A DNA stretch of 64,000 bases from PVC group bacterium (ex Bugula neritina AB1) (lineage in GTDB: Bacteria > GCA-001730085). This document shows positions 40,701 through 55,700 of this stretch, one piece after another (positions within the stretch are counted from its first letter, which is position 1; each line of letters opens with the position of its first letter). The notes under the pieces are model-generated. The model was not told where the DNA came from, did not search any database, and saw only the letters and a list, made by a program, of their open reading frames with translations. A program made the translations under genes and the position numbers. The stretch is from NCBI GenBank assembly GCA_001730085.1, contig MDLB01000105.1, positions 69 through 64,068 of the forward strand. The letters run 5' to 3'.

Positions 40701-43700
40701 AATATCCGAACGCGTTGTATAAGTTGTTTTGTTTAGGAAAGTATTGTATTTGTCAAAACCTTCTTCATAGTTAACCTCGCTATAAGCTGTGTTAAGCCCC
40801 GAAGAGTCATAAGAAAGCGCTTGCCAAATACGTGTTCGGGTCAAATCAGGATTCTTTGTGCTCTGTTCTTTTTCTTGAAAAAACCTCATTCTTCCAGCTG
40901 GATCATAGGTCATCGAATCTCTTTCTGTGAAAACTTTTTCTTCAAAAGATTTGGCAAAAAAACTTAGTTTTTGTTCAACCCGTCGATCATAATTCAAATA
41001 TGACCTGACCTCAGAGAAAATATCTGCACTGTATTCATCAAAAGGAGGTTCTAAAATAAACTCAGAAGAAAAATCAAGTTTATCAAACGCTTCTAAAATA
41101 TTATTTTGATTATCAATATAGCCTTTACTTCTCAACGATGTTATTAGGTCAAGCCTTTCTTTCTCATTGGAAAAAATTTCCGAAAAAGCATCTGCATTCA
41201 AAAGCCCTTTAGAATCAGAAGTTAAGTGATCCCAATACTTTTCCATAATATTTTTTTGGGAGTTAAACTCTATTGAGTTTATTGGTCCAAAAAGATCTGA
41301 ATAAACCAATTTGAACCCATCTTTATAGATAATTTGTCCATTCCTTAAAGATTCAAGTTCATCTTTAGTGAAATCAGTTATATCTATCTCGTACTCATTT
41401 ATTAGCAAACTTATCTTTTCCGAAATATTTTGATATGATTTTAATTGACCCAAATCATCATAAAGCATACCTATCCTTTGATCGATCTGAAGAAGCTCAG
41501 GCTTATCATCAGTGCTAATCTCTTCTTTATATCCGTTTATCTGATTGAGAGGGTTGTATTCAATATCTGTCCTATGGATTATTTTGCGCTGCATTGGTGA
41601 ATCAGAGCTAAACTTTTCTTCCACATAAGAGTTCATTTGACCGACATTGTTATATGTGATGTTACTTCGAACCGTCGTGTCCTTGGCATCAAATTCAAAA
41701 CCTATCCCAAACTTATGATTCACATCGACATAACCAAGGAGTTTTCCTGTTTTAGTATAGCGTATATCATTCCGTGTATTCATTTCTATAATATATTTCT
41801 CATTAGCGATCAATTCTGGGATTTTTTGTCCATAAACATCCAAAACAAAATCTCCCTCACTATGTTTTTTCTTAAAGAAAAGATCGGGCCCCAAAGATGA
41901 TGATTTTCTTATATAAATGGCTTCACGGGTTTTAGGATCACCTGAATCATAATAAATAATCGGGTATGACAAAGATGTGATTTTAGAAGAAACATCTATT
42001 TTCGCAACAGAACCATCCTCTGTATAAAGAAGCTTACCCTTTTCATCAGTCATTCTAAGTACGTCATTGGCTTCTTTCATCACAAGGTTGCCTCGACTAT
42101 CCCTATAGGCTATTTTTCCTGACATATATATCTTTTCTAAATTGTCAAATCCTACAAAGGCTTCCAAACCTCCTTTGTGAGTAAAAAGAGTAAGGTCATC
42201 CGAGGGAAGCTGTCCGTAAAAAGCTTGATAAATTTTACCTTCTTGGATATAAAAAAGATCCTCACCTTTCTCACTTTTCAGAGCGTCTGAAACCCTGTGT
42301 GTATCAAAATAGTAAGGCTGATTTTCATCATATTGATCCTCTGCATAAACCTTAAATTTCCCTGTTTTTAAAGGGTTTCCTTTTTGATCAAGAAGATAAG
42401 GTTGATTATTGATTTGATCTTGATAAGATGACTGTCTTCCGAACTCATCATATGTTATAAAGTTTCTTTTGACCCTTTGATATCGATTGATTTCTTCTTT
42501 ATTGATATCTTTTTTATATTGGAACTTTTTAAATAAGAGAAGTTCGTCAATATTATCTCTAGCTAAAACAGTGCCTTTATCATCAACATAAATATCTTGC
42601 AAAGAAACAGCTTCTCTTGTCAAAGGATCCGAAGAGTCATAGATATTCTCCACAAAAGATTCCTCGAAGGATCGCTCTTTTTCTGAAGAATAAAGACCCT
42701 GAAGCTTTTGTCCGTCCTTGTCATACAAAACAATTTTATTCCCATCAACATCATAAAGAGATTTTGATGGGTCCAAAAGTTGATATCCTTTATCATCTTT
42801 AACAACACGTTCAAAAGAAGATGACTCTGATATTTTTTGCATAATATCTTCTTGCATCTGACCCACAGAGTCATACAAAGCATTCGGGTAATTTTCTCTT
42901 AAAAGTTTAGAAATATCATAAAGCTGATTATCTATCCTGATTTTGCTCATTTTGAAAATGATATTTTTTGAAAAGATGATTTTTTTTAATTTTAAGATAT
43001 CTATAACATTTTCAAAGCTATCTTTGATTTCTAAGGTTTCACCTCTTAAAAGTTGCTCTTGTTCTTCAATATTCAAGCTATCCCATTCTTCGGGAAGTTC
43101 TAAAAGACTCTCGACTTCATCAAAGAAAGACCCTCTTTCATGATTTTCGTCATCATAGGAAATCTTTTGTCCGAAACGGTTATACTGTGTATTTGTTCGT
43201 TTAGTCTCTGTTACTTTTTTCGTTTTATCATTTTTCACAAACTGTAGGTAAGAAAGCTCATATCCTCGAGAATCATACTGCGTTCCTTTTCTTAAAGTAT
43301 GCGTGATCTCTTCAATCTTTAAAACTTTTTTAACCTTTTTTAAAGTCAAAAACTTTTCAACGCCACCTCTAAAAACTGTCAACTCTTTTTGATCCAACAA
43401 AGCGCTTTTTTCATCAACTGTTAGATCTTGAAAGCTCAAGCTTTTATCTTCTGAGATATTCTCATAGTCATAAGAATATTGCTCATTCGTTCCTGTATCT
43501 ATTTTCTTATTCGTTTCATTAAAAGCTATTTCTTGACCAAAACCATTGTAAAGAATCTGCGTTCTATCAAGTTTGTCAATCGTATTACTAAGGGTGTTAT
43601 AAACCGTTTCAGAAAAACTCGTCATTTGTCCAAGATTATTATAAATAACATTTCTTCTATGAATGACTTTCTTATCTTCAAGTTTTTGCCTAACCTTTTT

Positions 43701-46700
43701 CTTCACATACCCTACACGAATCTTGGACTTCTCAACATATTTATCCATAAAACTAACAAGTAAACCCTGCTTATCAGTCTCTAAATCAGTAGTTTTCTTT
43801 CGGATCAAAAAATCAAACTTTGTATTTTCTACGACTTCAGGAACAACCACATCAAACACACCCGCTTTTTCCAAGTCTTCCATAATACCCTCATAGGTTG
43901 TTAAGAAATTTAACATCTCTCCTTCTAACTTTTCTTCCTCTTTTTTATAGTCCTGTTTAACAGTTTTAAGTTTTAAAGAGGGCACACCCCCTATTTCTCT
44001 CGGAGAGTTTTCTGTTCCAATCCATTCATTGTGATAAAGGTTTATTTTTTCAATGATCGCGGTCATGCGATCGATCATATCTATCTTTTTTAAAGAAGGT
44101 TGAATAAGAGAGAGCTCTTCAGAAAAATAAGAAGACAGATTTTGCGAAGAGGAACTAAGTATATTTGTTAATCTTTCTTTTTTCCTTTCTATATCTTTTT
44201 GTAAAACATCTCCTTCTGAACTAAAGAAGAAATCCCGCTCTTCATAAATCCCATCTGAACTCGGTCTATAAGACTCTGTATAGATATGATAATTATTAAA
44301 AGCATCATCATCACGAACAATGAATTTTTGGGCAAAAGTGTTCTGACTTGTAGGATTAATATCAATATAATCATCGTTAAGATAAACCGAAGCCTCTTCA
44401 TACTCTTTCTGAAGTAAAAATACCTTTAGGCTTTCGATAAAAGCGCGTATTTTCATGGAAGCAACATATTTTTCTCTCTCATTGTCACTATTACTATAGG
44501 TATCAAGCCAACCATTCAAATTCAAAAGTGAAGAGATTTCATCCATTTCTAAACTAGAAAGTTTATCTTGCAAAGCTTCCCATTCATCACTTCCCAATGT
44601 TAAGAGGTTTTCAATAGATCCATTTTCTAAAACCTTAATAAGGTTTCGAAGGTTTTCTTCGGAAGAAAGGTTGAGATAAGTCGTTACTGCAGTTTGAAGA
44701 GCCTCTGACGAGCTATCTTCGTTAGCCTTAACCGTATTCAATCCCGTTTTGATCAAGCCATTAAAAATGGCATCATATTGTTTAGAAAACTGACCTGAAT
44801 ATAATGAAAGATCATCAAATTTTTGATCTATATATTTTCTATTTTCTGGTAAAGATGACCAACCTCCGGCACTTATAATGCTGTTAAAAGTGAAACTACT
44901 TTTCCCTCGTGGACCATATTTTTTAAGACCAAAAAAATCACCACGTGTTCCCCAGTAGTTATAGCCATCAGAAAGTAAACCTTCATCATTGGTATGAATA
45001 CTCACATCATCAACCAAATCTCCATCGCCCAAAAGCCCAAGCGTATTATTTTTTAAAAGAGTTGCTATCTCTTCTTCATAGCTTTTTCTATAATCCACAA
45101 GGTCAACATCTCCACGTGTGCCGACTCTGTCATTCGCTGCGTTAAGAACAATCGTACTCAAGTCATAAAATTTTAACTCTCGGGAAATAAAAGTATTCAC
45201 ATCCTCTATATCATCTAAAGCCTCAAAACTACCGTATGTTAAAGGTGATTCAATCGATTCAAGCAAAATCTCTGCATCTCTAGCAAAAGGAGCAGCTTTC
45301 ATATTATCAATAAGATCTTGATCAACCCCTTCTCTTAAAGCTTCCCTTGTCATAGAAATATCACCTTGATCAGAAGGCGTTACTTCTGTGCCTGTGATAA
45401 GCGACCCTGTCAATTTTTTCAATAAAAGATCTCTTGCTCCTCCAGCATCTAAGTAATTGGGATTTTTTTTCTCATCCAAAAGATTCATCATATTATCAAG
45501 CAATGTTTTTAAATGATTAATATTATCAAAAGCCAATTTTGCGTTAGCTTTTTCTGAAAGAACCTTCTCTCTATAGGTATTTAGATCTGCCTCACTGGCT
45601 TGATCTCCCATTAAAACTGTTTGCCTAAATAATTCAATATCCGAGACAACACTATCCAAAACATTATTAACAAAATTCAAAATGACTTCTGCAGATGCTC
45701 TACGCGAAGACTGCAAAAGGGTGTCTCCTGTATTGCGACTAAGGATAACTTCTGCTTTATTTTTCAAACGTTCGTATTGAACATAGGAGTCACAAACATC
45801 TTTAATCCTCATCGCACTTATGATTTTTCTTTTAGCCTCTACAGCCATAGCTTCGGAGATCCAGTCACCTGATTTTGCACTCAAATAGTTTGGTTCGCTT
45901 GTGAACCATGGGATATCCGGTACAACTTGATGATTGTTCAAAATAGATTCAATCTGACTCATGTCATAAATATTTAATATATTAGAACTTTCAGAAGCAA
46001 AGTGATCTAAAAACCCTTCCTCCTCTAACTCTCTTAGTCGATCTCTCTGTTCATCGAAACTATCTTTTAAGATTTTTAAAGGACTACCCTCTGCTTCATT
46101 ATCATTAGGCCCTATCCTTAATGATAATGACGGTGTTTCTTGTGTTATATCAGCATTTAAATTTTTGGCATATTCAGCCATACTCTTTATTTTTTTGAGA
46201 ACACTAGAGCTAGTGAAAGCGTTAATAATATCATCGGCCAGATCAATATCAGAAAAAGTTTCTTCGTTTAAACTTAACTCCCACATCATAAGAATGTGGT
46301 TCTTTCGCTCGACATCTCCATCCACCATAGCCTCTTGATACATTTGTTTTAAGTTATAAACTGTACCCTCATCATGTTCAGAGAGTTTAAACAAAAGATC
46401 TTCCGGTAAGTCTATCCAGTTCGGCTCTGTCGAAGTATCAAAATCCTCTATGCTGTTCATCATATCTGTTCTGTCGAAGTCCTTATTAGTGAATCTATCA
46501 TGTAGTTTATTTAAGAAATTTTTATAATCCCCATCTGAAACATCATCCACAGAAAACCTACCTCTTACTGATTCAAGTGTTAAACCAGAATTCTCTACAC
46601 CATTAAGTTTATCGCTTAAAAAAAGTTTAGTGTTCTCGAGCAAAGAAAAAAAATGAAAATATGAGTTTGTACCGCCTATACTTTCTAAATCCGAAATATT

Positions 46701-49700
46701 ATCATTGGGAATATTATCCTTAACACCTTGAGATATATTTTCTATCATTCGCTTTGCTTCATTCAAAAGCAAAGCCGCTTGGACCTTTCTCTCAACATCC
46801 TCCGGTGTCAAGTCAGGAAGATTCTCAGGAGACAGTGAAGGCAAAAAAGTTTTAGCAAGTTCATATTGTTTACTAGGACGCTCAAACATACTTAAGAGAT
46901 TAAATGGAGGGTTAACGGTATTGATAGATATATCGTAATCGGTTGTAAGCATCCCAGCATTAACCCAATCAGCAAAAACATTTGCTTTGTTATCCGAATA
47001 CATATCTATATCGTAATAAGTCATATCTATAGCTGAATCATCCAACAAATCTCTGATCCTTTTAAAGTTCCGCCTATAATCTCCCGTTACTTTCGTATCC
47101 TCATCTGTATGAAAAGAAGCGTGAATATGTTTATCCAATTCAAAGGTTGGATCTAACGTGATATCCGCAAAGGTGTTTTCTACCTGTTTTTTAAAAATAT
47201 CAATAAAGACATTCGTAGCATCTTGAAGGGTTTCACGATTATCCGAAGGGATCCTCTTAAAGATATTCAATACATCATGCAGATCAGTAGCTACGGCAAG
47301 CCTCTTAAAAGATTCCTCCCTCCAACGCTCACTTTTATTTTTAACAGATCTCATTTGAGCCACCTGAGAAGTCATCTCTGCATGGGCTTCCGAATATTTT
47401 TTTAAAAAAGTAGCGATCATTTGTTCGTGATATCCACTAAGGATTTCAAACCTTTTGATCGCATAGGTATAAAGAGTTTTTTGAATTTCATAGGATAAAG
47501 ATGCCTTAGAAGGCTGTGCTTCATTCACAGGGCTTAAGTGAGACAACGCAACCTTTGTTTCGCTTAAAGCTTGTTCCAAAGTAACATCGATCGCAGAGGC
47601 AACCTCATAGTCTTGACTGTTAAGGCTCTGAAAAACATCTTCTGTAAAGTATTCATAAACATCACTCTGTGGTGTTGATAGATTTAAGTTCTTCACTTTT
47701 TTTATCGAGGGATTGGTCCACTTTTCAAAAGTATCCAATAAAGCTATATTAGAGGACCTTGGAACAAACTTTTCACTCAAAGGTTTTTCTAGTAAAAGCT
47801 TTTTTTCTTCACTAATAAGCCTATCCATTTCGTCAAAAAAACTATCAACAGAATCCAAAACATGATACTTCATCATTTTTATTTTATGCTCTTCGGAAGA
47901 TACTAACATTTCTTTATTAGAACTAAAAAAGTATTGAATATGTTCATCACTTAATTCCGATATTTTATCCTTATAGTTTTCATTTTCGGCTTGAACATTT
48001 TCAAGATTACTTATGAATTTTTCTATTTCATAGCGACGTTTACTCGCCTTATTCTTTTCTAACAATTTTTCATAATAATTATTCATAGTTATCTCGATAC
48101 TCTCACGCACACTTTGCGTAAGAGAAATATTGAACTTTGGTTTAAAATGAAATATCTCATACCAATGAATACCTGCTTCACGATCTTCCTGACTTGCTCT
48201 ATCGTATTCAACCCTGTTCCCCTTCAAAAGCTCATCTTTTTGCTCTGCAGAAAAATTATCAATAACCCCTCCTATCTCCCAAAAGTTGTCCCACTCCTCA
48301 TCAGTCATAATTGAGGGTTTCTCGAATCGATCTTTCCATGCGAAACGTAAACCTAAGAAAGCCTCATCATCACCAAAGTAGCCATAATCTTCTAAACCAA
48401 AATACTCTTTCCACCTCTCGACTTCACCTGTATGGGAAGAATCTCTATCTGGTATCTCATACATACTTTCGGAAATAGAAACTTTTATTGACAGACGAAA
48501 GTCATCAATACCTTCTGAAATCAATTCTTTAGATTCATCGTATAAAGCAGGTGCTTGAACCCCATAACTAAAATCCCAAAGATTGAGTAGCTCCTCTCTT
48601 ATATCCTCTGAATAGCCTTTTTCAAAAAGTTTTGACTCTAAAACATTTTTGGAGTCAAAACCCCATAATAAAGTCCCTTGATGATTAAAGTTTTCTCTAA
48701 AAATACCTTTTTGTATCAACGAGTCTATTTGATGGTCAAAAAGTTCATAGTCAATAGACAACGCATCTCGATGGATAGTTCTATGAGCCTTACCAAGTAA
48801 AATGAGTTGATCTTCGGAAGACATTGTTTTATAACCATATGCCGTACTTAACCAAAAAGCTCTCCATTGATTGGCGTACGTAACAGGAGAACCATTTTCA
48901 TAAACGGTAAACTCTTCATCTTTCCAACCACTCGGAGCCTCAAAAAAGTTTTCTATCTCATTCCCAAATAGTCGTTCAATGACTTCAAATTTTTCTAAAA
49001 TGATATCAATCCGATCATTGATCAATTCTTTTTCGTCTTGAAGTTTATAGATCTGCTCATCATCTTCAGGGGTGTTTAAAGTATTAATAGTCAATATGAT
49101 TTTATCTAAGGCTCTTCTTTCACTCGCAAGGGTCTCTTCTAACTTCTCTTTATAATCATTCGTCACTTTTTCCATGATTCCTAAAGATGGAAGAGCCTCG
49201 GGGTCCAAACCTTCTGCGTTTTTAGCGACAATAATTTTATACATAAGTTCTCTCAAAACATTTCGAGTTGAATCACTAATATCTTTTGACTCATCTAAAA
49301 CTTCCGCTATAATTTGATATTCTGAACCCGCATATGTTTGGATCTGTGTATCTGCTATAAGTTTTTGTTTTTCCTTCTCCTTTAACAAAGTGAAAATATC
49401 TTCTTTTTTCTCTTCAAAACCTGACGAAAGTAAAAGTTCCGAAACATCTTTCATCTCTAAAGTTTTATTCAGAATGAGACCCTTTTGTTCAATATACCCT
49501 TTACTAATAAGCTCTTCCCATAACATCTCCGGAGTTAGATTTTGTACATTTCCTATTTCTAAAAAAGAAAAGTCTTCTTTATCAAGAACACCTTTCATTC
49601 CCTTATTTTTTAAAAGATCATAAATCTCTTGACGATAATTAGAAAAGACACCTTCCATATCAAAAAATTGAGCAGCAGAAACATCTTTTATGTTATCTGT

Positions 49701-52700
49701 CACGACACCGAGGGTTGCTATATACTTGTTTTCAACCAACTCTTGCCATAGTTTTTCGGCTTGATCAGCGTCATCCCCAAAAATCATTAAATCTTCAGAA
49801 GAAATAAAACCTCGAGACATCTTAAAGACATCTGAAACTTCAAACCTTTCTACCAAAGAAGACGTCGCTAAAGAAAATTTAACTCTTTCCTCATTCAAGA
49901 TAACCTCTCCACCACTTAGAATAGACAATTTTTCTTCTTCATTGAGCTGACTAAACCCATAACTAAGACTGTTCCAAAAAGCATCCCATTTAGATTCATA
50001 TAAAACCGTTTCTCCCTCTTCTTCGACAGAGTAAGGATTTTCCCAACCTTCTGGAATCCTAAAAAAAGCTCCAATTTCCTCAACACTTTGACCAACTTTA
50101 TAATTTTCTTGGTCATATTCAATTTCTTGTCCAAAAATGTTATAAGCCATGTTGTATCGAAAACTGATATTTCTCACGTTCGGCGAATCTTGTTGAATGA
50201 TCGATTCATCATAAGATAATGTTTTACCCAAATCGTTATAAGATATATTTTGACGCTGATAATAAGTACTTTTATCGTTAGTGAAGTGTGCTTCATAATC
50301 AATAGAGAAATCATTATCAATCTGATCAATCATGCTCGCTGTGAAATCTTTTTTATCTAAGTTACCATCTTGATTAATATCAAAATTTTTCCACATATCG
50401 GGTACAATATTTAGTAAAAAATCATGAATCATTAGTGATTCTATAAATTCAAAGCTATAGTCATATTCCAAAGGTTGTTGGATACCAAAAAGTTTTTCAA
50501 AAGCAATTTTCGCTAAAACAACCTCCACTTCTTTAGCTAAAAAAATGTTTTTTGGTTCAAAATATTCGTTATAAGTCTTTTCTCCCAAGATATCTATCAA
50601 TTTAGATGAACTCACAAAGTACTCATCCCCAAAGGATTCTTTGTAATCTTTTCTTCCTAGTTTCTCCAACATCTCTTCTGCCAAAATCATAAAGTCGTCC
50701 ACAGAGTAAGAAAAGACTGTTTGTAATTTTTCATTCAAAGAAAAAAGCTGTTCTTTAAGGGCTTGTCCTTCTAAAAGATATTTCTGTGTACTCTCACCTT
50801 TCTTCTGGATTTTTTCGAAATATTCATTTTCTCTACCTAAAAGATCATAATATATATTCTTTTTTTCCCTAACCGTTACCATATCCGGAGATGCTGTACT
50901 TAAGTTCACTTCTTTATAAAACTCTTCTTGTCCAACTTTGTTATATATCGTCTTTTCCCTATGCATCTTATTGATAAGGTTTATTCTTCCTTCCGTAAAA
51001 ACTTCTCCTGCGGTTATTGTTATCATTTCTTCCCCGTCATCTGTCATCGAACTAACAAAGGACATATTTTCATGAGAAGCCACCGCATCTAAAAGATTTC
51101 TCAAATCTTCAACAGATGAAGATAAAAAAGTTAGAGTTCCATCTTTCTCTAAAAGAAATTTTTGATCTGGAGTAAGAAAGGATTGCATTTCCTCAGAAGA
51201 AGAAGCATACCTCTTAATCTCTGTCGTTCCCATAAGGTGTGAGGATGTCGATCTTTTGTCCAAAAGCCCCGCAACGTTGTAATGCATATCCGTAACGGTA
51301 TCAACTGTTAAGAGGTCTGGTTTGCTCAAATCTTTAATACTCTCCACATACCCTGTCATCTGTGAAAAGTCGTTATAAGTCGTTTCCGACCTCAGCCGTA
51401 TCTCTCTCGTGCTAAGTTTCTCTGTGATTTTAACCCCCGAGTATTCCTTAGTTCCTCCAAGGTTTAACAAATGATCCTGATATGTAATACGTCCCTCTTT
51501 GGAGTTTTCCCAAGCTTCCAAAATAAAATCAATTTCGGAATTTTCATAACCAAACTTTTGAAGGCGAAAAAGTAAATCTCCCTCCGAAACAACATTCCAA
51601 TACAAAGATTGACCGGTTTGGTCAGAAGGGTCTTGTATTAAAAAATTATCTTCAATCAAAGTAGACAAAACTTCATTTGATGTGATCATCTCTCGTCTAA
51701 TTTTAAAATCTAAAAGGGTTTTTAAAGATAAAACTTTCTCATGCGAAAGCTGATCAAATTCATTTGAATCGTAATAAAAAACTTCTTCATTTTGCTCATC
51801 CCACATGACCTTAACATCATCCCTATCGACATATCTTTTTTGTTCTGTTTCGGATAAGTTGTGCCACTCTTTATCCGTGATATAAAAGTTTGATAAACTT
51901 TTATTATCTTCGGCAACAAGTGTCTTTTTTCTTAAGTTTTGCAAAGCTATTTTTTTAAAAGAAGAAAAGTTTGATTTGATATCTATAGAAAGATTGTCCC
52001 AATCGGACAAAGAAAAATATTGATAGGTCCCTGCTGGATCTTTTTTCTCCCCCATCACCAGCATGTGTCCATTACTCAAAAGACTTTCAAAAATAGCGAC
52101 TTCTTCGCCATTTGTTTCTTTATTCATAATGTTTTGTTCATAAAAGTCTTTACTTATACGATAAGTATCAAAGTAACTGCCCCAAGGGATATTTTTTAAA
52201 GAATAAGGCGGAGCCAAACCAGAGGATCTTGTCAAAATATACCTATCCCCATCAATTTCTATTTGACCTCCCTCAAAAAGCGTTTGTTTATTCTCTAGAC
52301 TCAATTGATCAAACACACCATCTTTTGCCCAAAAATCGTCCCAAGAATCCGTGAAAGATGATGACGATTCATCAAAAAAAGTCTTCCAAGACATACGATC
52401 AAGATCAAAGTCCGTTTGCATTCCCAGAGAATCTTCTTGATTATAATCAGCAAAAGCATAGTAACGTTCAGCGACACCTTCACTATTTTTTGATTCTAAA
52501 TAACCTTTTTCATAACCACTATCATCGTAGTGTATAGACTTCTTTTCTATCCTCGTGTCAATACCTCTATGATCTTTATTATCTTCGACATAACCAATAA
52601 TTTGACCTCTAGCATTATAAGAGGTTTCTCTGCGGAAGCTTTGGCTTTTTTCATCTAAAGAAAACCTTTTATTGACTTTTTTTAAAACAAAGTTTTCATA

Positions 52701-55700
52701 GTCAAAATTTTGAAAAAAACTTTTCATATCTGATAAGCGCTCATTCAAAAAAACATCATCTGAAGGAAAATAAGTATCCTCAGATAAAATGTGAATGATG
52801 TTCTGCAGATCTTCATCTAAATGTTTAAAAACGTCCCCCCTCATTGAATCTATGGCATAACGATCAATAAAATCTTTGAACCACGATAAAATTTCTTCTT
52901 GAATATCCAAAGTTTCTCCAGCATAAAGTTTAATAATTTGCTCTTCTGTTAAAAAGTCTTTGCACCAAGTGTTTTCCTCTAATATTCTTCGGTCAACTTC
53001 TTCCCGAAAACTCTCACCTTTTTTATAAACTGTACGCCTATATGTATCTTGGTAATCAAATTTGCCATATGTTATGTCTCTCATTTCAGTCATAGTAACA
53101 AGGTCAGGGTGAACATTTGAGCGCTGGATCTCATTATAAGATCTAATATTTCCTCGTTGGTCATAGAACATATCTGTTCTCAAAACACTCTCATGAATAC
53201 TTTGAAGAACATGATTATCAAAATCATCATAAGCAAATCGTTGAATATTATCTATATAATTTGTATTTTGACCTAGCTTATCATATCGCATCCCCGTACG
53301 GATAGTTCGAACCGTATTCTGTGTCTTAAATGAGGTTGAATCACTTTCTCGAGCAAGGTTTTTTTCTATATCTATGTAACTAATAAGTTGATCCAACTTG
53401 TTATAAGACATATGAGTTCTAAGTCTAACTTTTTCAAAATTTGAATTTCCAGAATTTTTTGAAAAAGTTTTATAAGCAATTTCCTGACCTAATTGATTGT
53501 AATGAGTGTAAACTCTTTTCTCTTCCTTAAGATTGTTGATCAGGCTTTCTTCTTTATAAAAGATCCCCGCATCTGTTATCAAAGCGATATCTGATTCATC
53601 GATTTTTAAATCATCATTCAAGTCAAAATGCTCATTGTAACTGACACGATGTTCCATCATATCTCTCATCATAAGATAAGCTTCATATTCATTAAAAAAC
53701 ATATCAAATCCAACCTGTCCGAGCTCCACCTTTTTTTGATCATAAGAAAAAACAGCTCCATCAAGATATTTTCCGTTCCAGATGTTTAAATTAACAGCGA
53801 TTTCCTCTAAAACACCATCCGACACATCAACAGTAAGCGCCAAAAGGTTTTCTTCATCAATATCCAACGTCTCTTCAGCAGGGTAAGCCTTTTTTATAGT
53901 TTTCCAAATAGATTCTCTTTCACCTGAAGATAAGTGTCCTATATGATCAAAAAGAGCTTGTTTATTCCTAGCTTTTGGAACAACTGTCACAAAGTTGGGA
54001 TTAACAGAGTCTTCGACTAATAAGCTCATTTCAATCAAAGTTGAGAGGTGATCCCCAAAACGTCTTTTTTGTATACGACCACTATTATTGATAGCTTGGA
54101 TCATAACATCTATATCTACTAAGCTTTCAAAAGTATCAGTCACTTTAGAAGCGATCTCATATTTTTTAATCACATTCGATTCTTTATCCCATTCTTTATT
54201 TTCAACATATTTACGTTCCCAACGGTTCATTTTTTCAACTGCTTCTGGAACGTTATACCAATGCGTATCTTCGCTATAACTCTTCACTCTAAAATGATCA
54301 TCATATTTAATATCATAACGAAAGCGGTCATTTTTTTTATCTGGATGACTTGAGTCTTCGGTGACATCAGTATAAGATGTCATTAATCCCATAAAGATTT
54401 TTTGTAAATTCCCATATCCATCTACATAGTCTAGTGATTTATACTTTATATCTTTCCTACTTGTTACTTTTTTAGAAGCACTTTCTGAACCTAAAAGGCT
54501 GATATTAAAAGAAAGATCCTCTGGCACAGAATCAGGTGAAATATTTTTTCCATCCGAAGACAAATAAAGGCCATTTTCTCCAAAAAAATAATCCAATATA
54601 AGATCATTTATATTTTGTTGAGAGATATCGCCTCTCCCATTCTCTTTTAACCATAATTTTTGATAAATAGATTCTCTCAAAGCCTCCCTATCGTTATCAA
54701 ATTGATCTTGACTTATAATAAAATGATCACTTTTAAAAATATTTTTTCCAGCTTTAAGATCTCTAATAAAAACTAATGCTTTATTTCTATCAAAATCAAT
54801 TTGACGACTGTCTCCCAATAATATTTTTTTAATCCAAGAAACCTTCGCATTAATAGGAATATCCAACGGATTAATATCACCTCCACCTAAGGAACCTATC
54901 GGAACTTCATTAATATCAAGCGTTTGAGAAACCTGAGAGTTTTCTCCAAAAAGATATTCTAATATTTTTTGATTGATTTTTGATTGATCCAAGTCCCCAT
55001 CATTACTCTTATCTTCATCTTCAAAAAGACGCATGTCATCATAAATACTTTGAGCCAAATCTTGTAAAGCCCCTTCTTCTTCCTTAAGATAATAAAAATC
55101 ATATTGATCAAAGACTTTAATATCATTCAAAAGTGCGAAAGCTACCTGTTGCAAACCTCTCCCTTCATAGCCAACTTGCTGATCTTCTTCTCCTATTTTC
55201 TCACGTTCATTTTTATACGAACTCAACATATTATTTTGATCATATCTTCCTGACCATCGTTCTAATGTTTCCAAAAGCTTCTCGCCATTTTGACCATATT
55301 CACTTATCCTTTTAGTTTCTTTTGTTCTAAGATTCAAATCACCTTTAAAAAAAGTATTTGTTGTCACGATTTTTTTAGGAAAAGCTGTATCTAGACCATT
55401 AACATGTTGCTCTTGCTGAAGATCATAATCTATTGTTTTAGAAAAAACTTGATTACCACGCTCATCATACTCATCTTGCCGATGCGTTAAGACATTTTCG
55501 TTAATATTACCATTCGCATATAAAGTCAGATCTCCCTTATAAAATTCCTGCGCCTTACGATCTTTTTTTCTTTCCGCATCTTTATAAAGATAACAACCCT
55601 GAAACTTAAGATATCTTTCTCCTGTGGAAGCATTAAGCCCATGTTCATATGATCCTAGTATTTTTCCATCCGAATTGTAACCGTAATCTTTGATGATCAA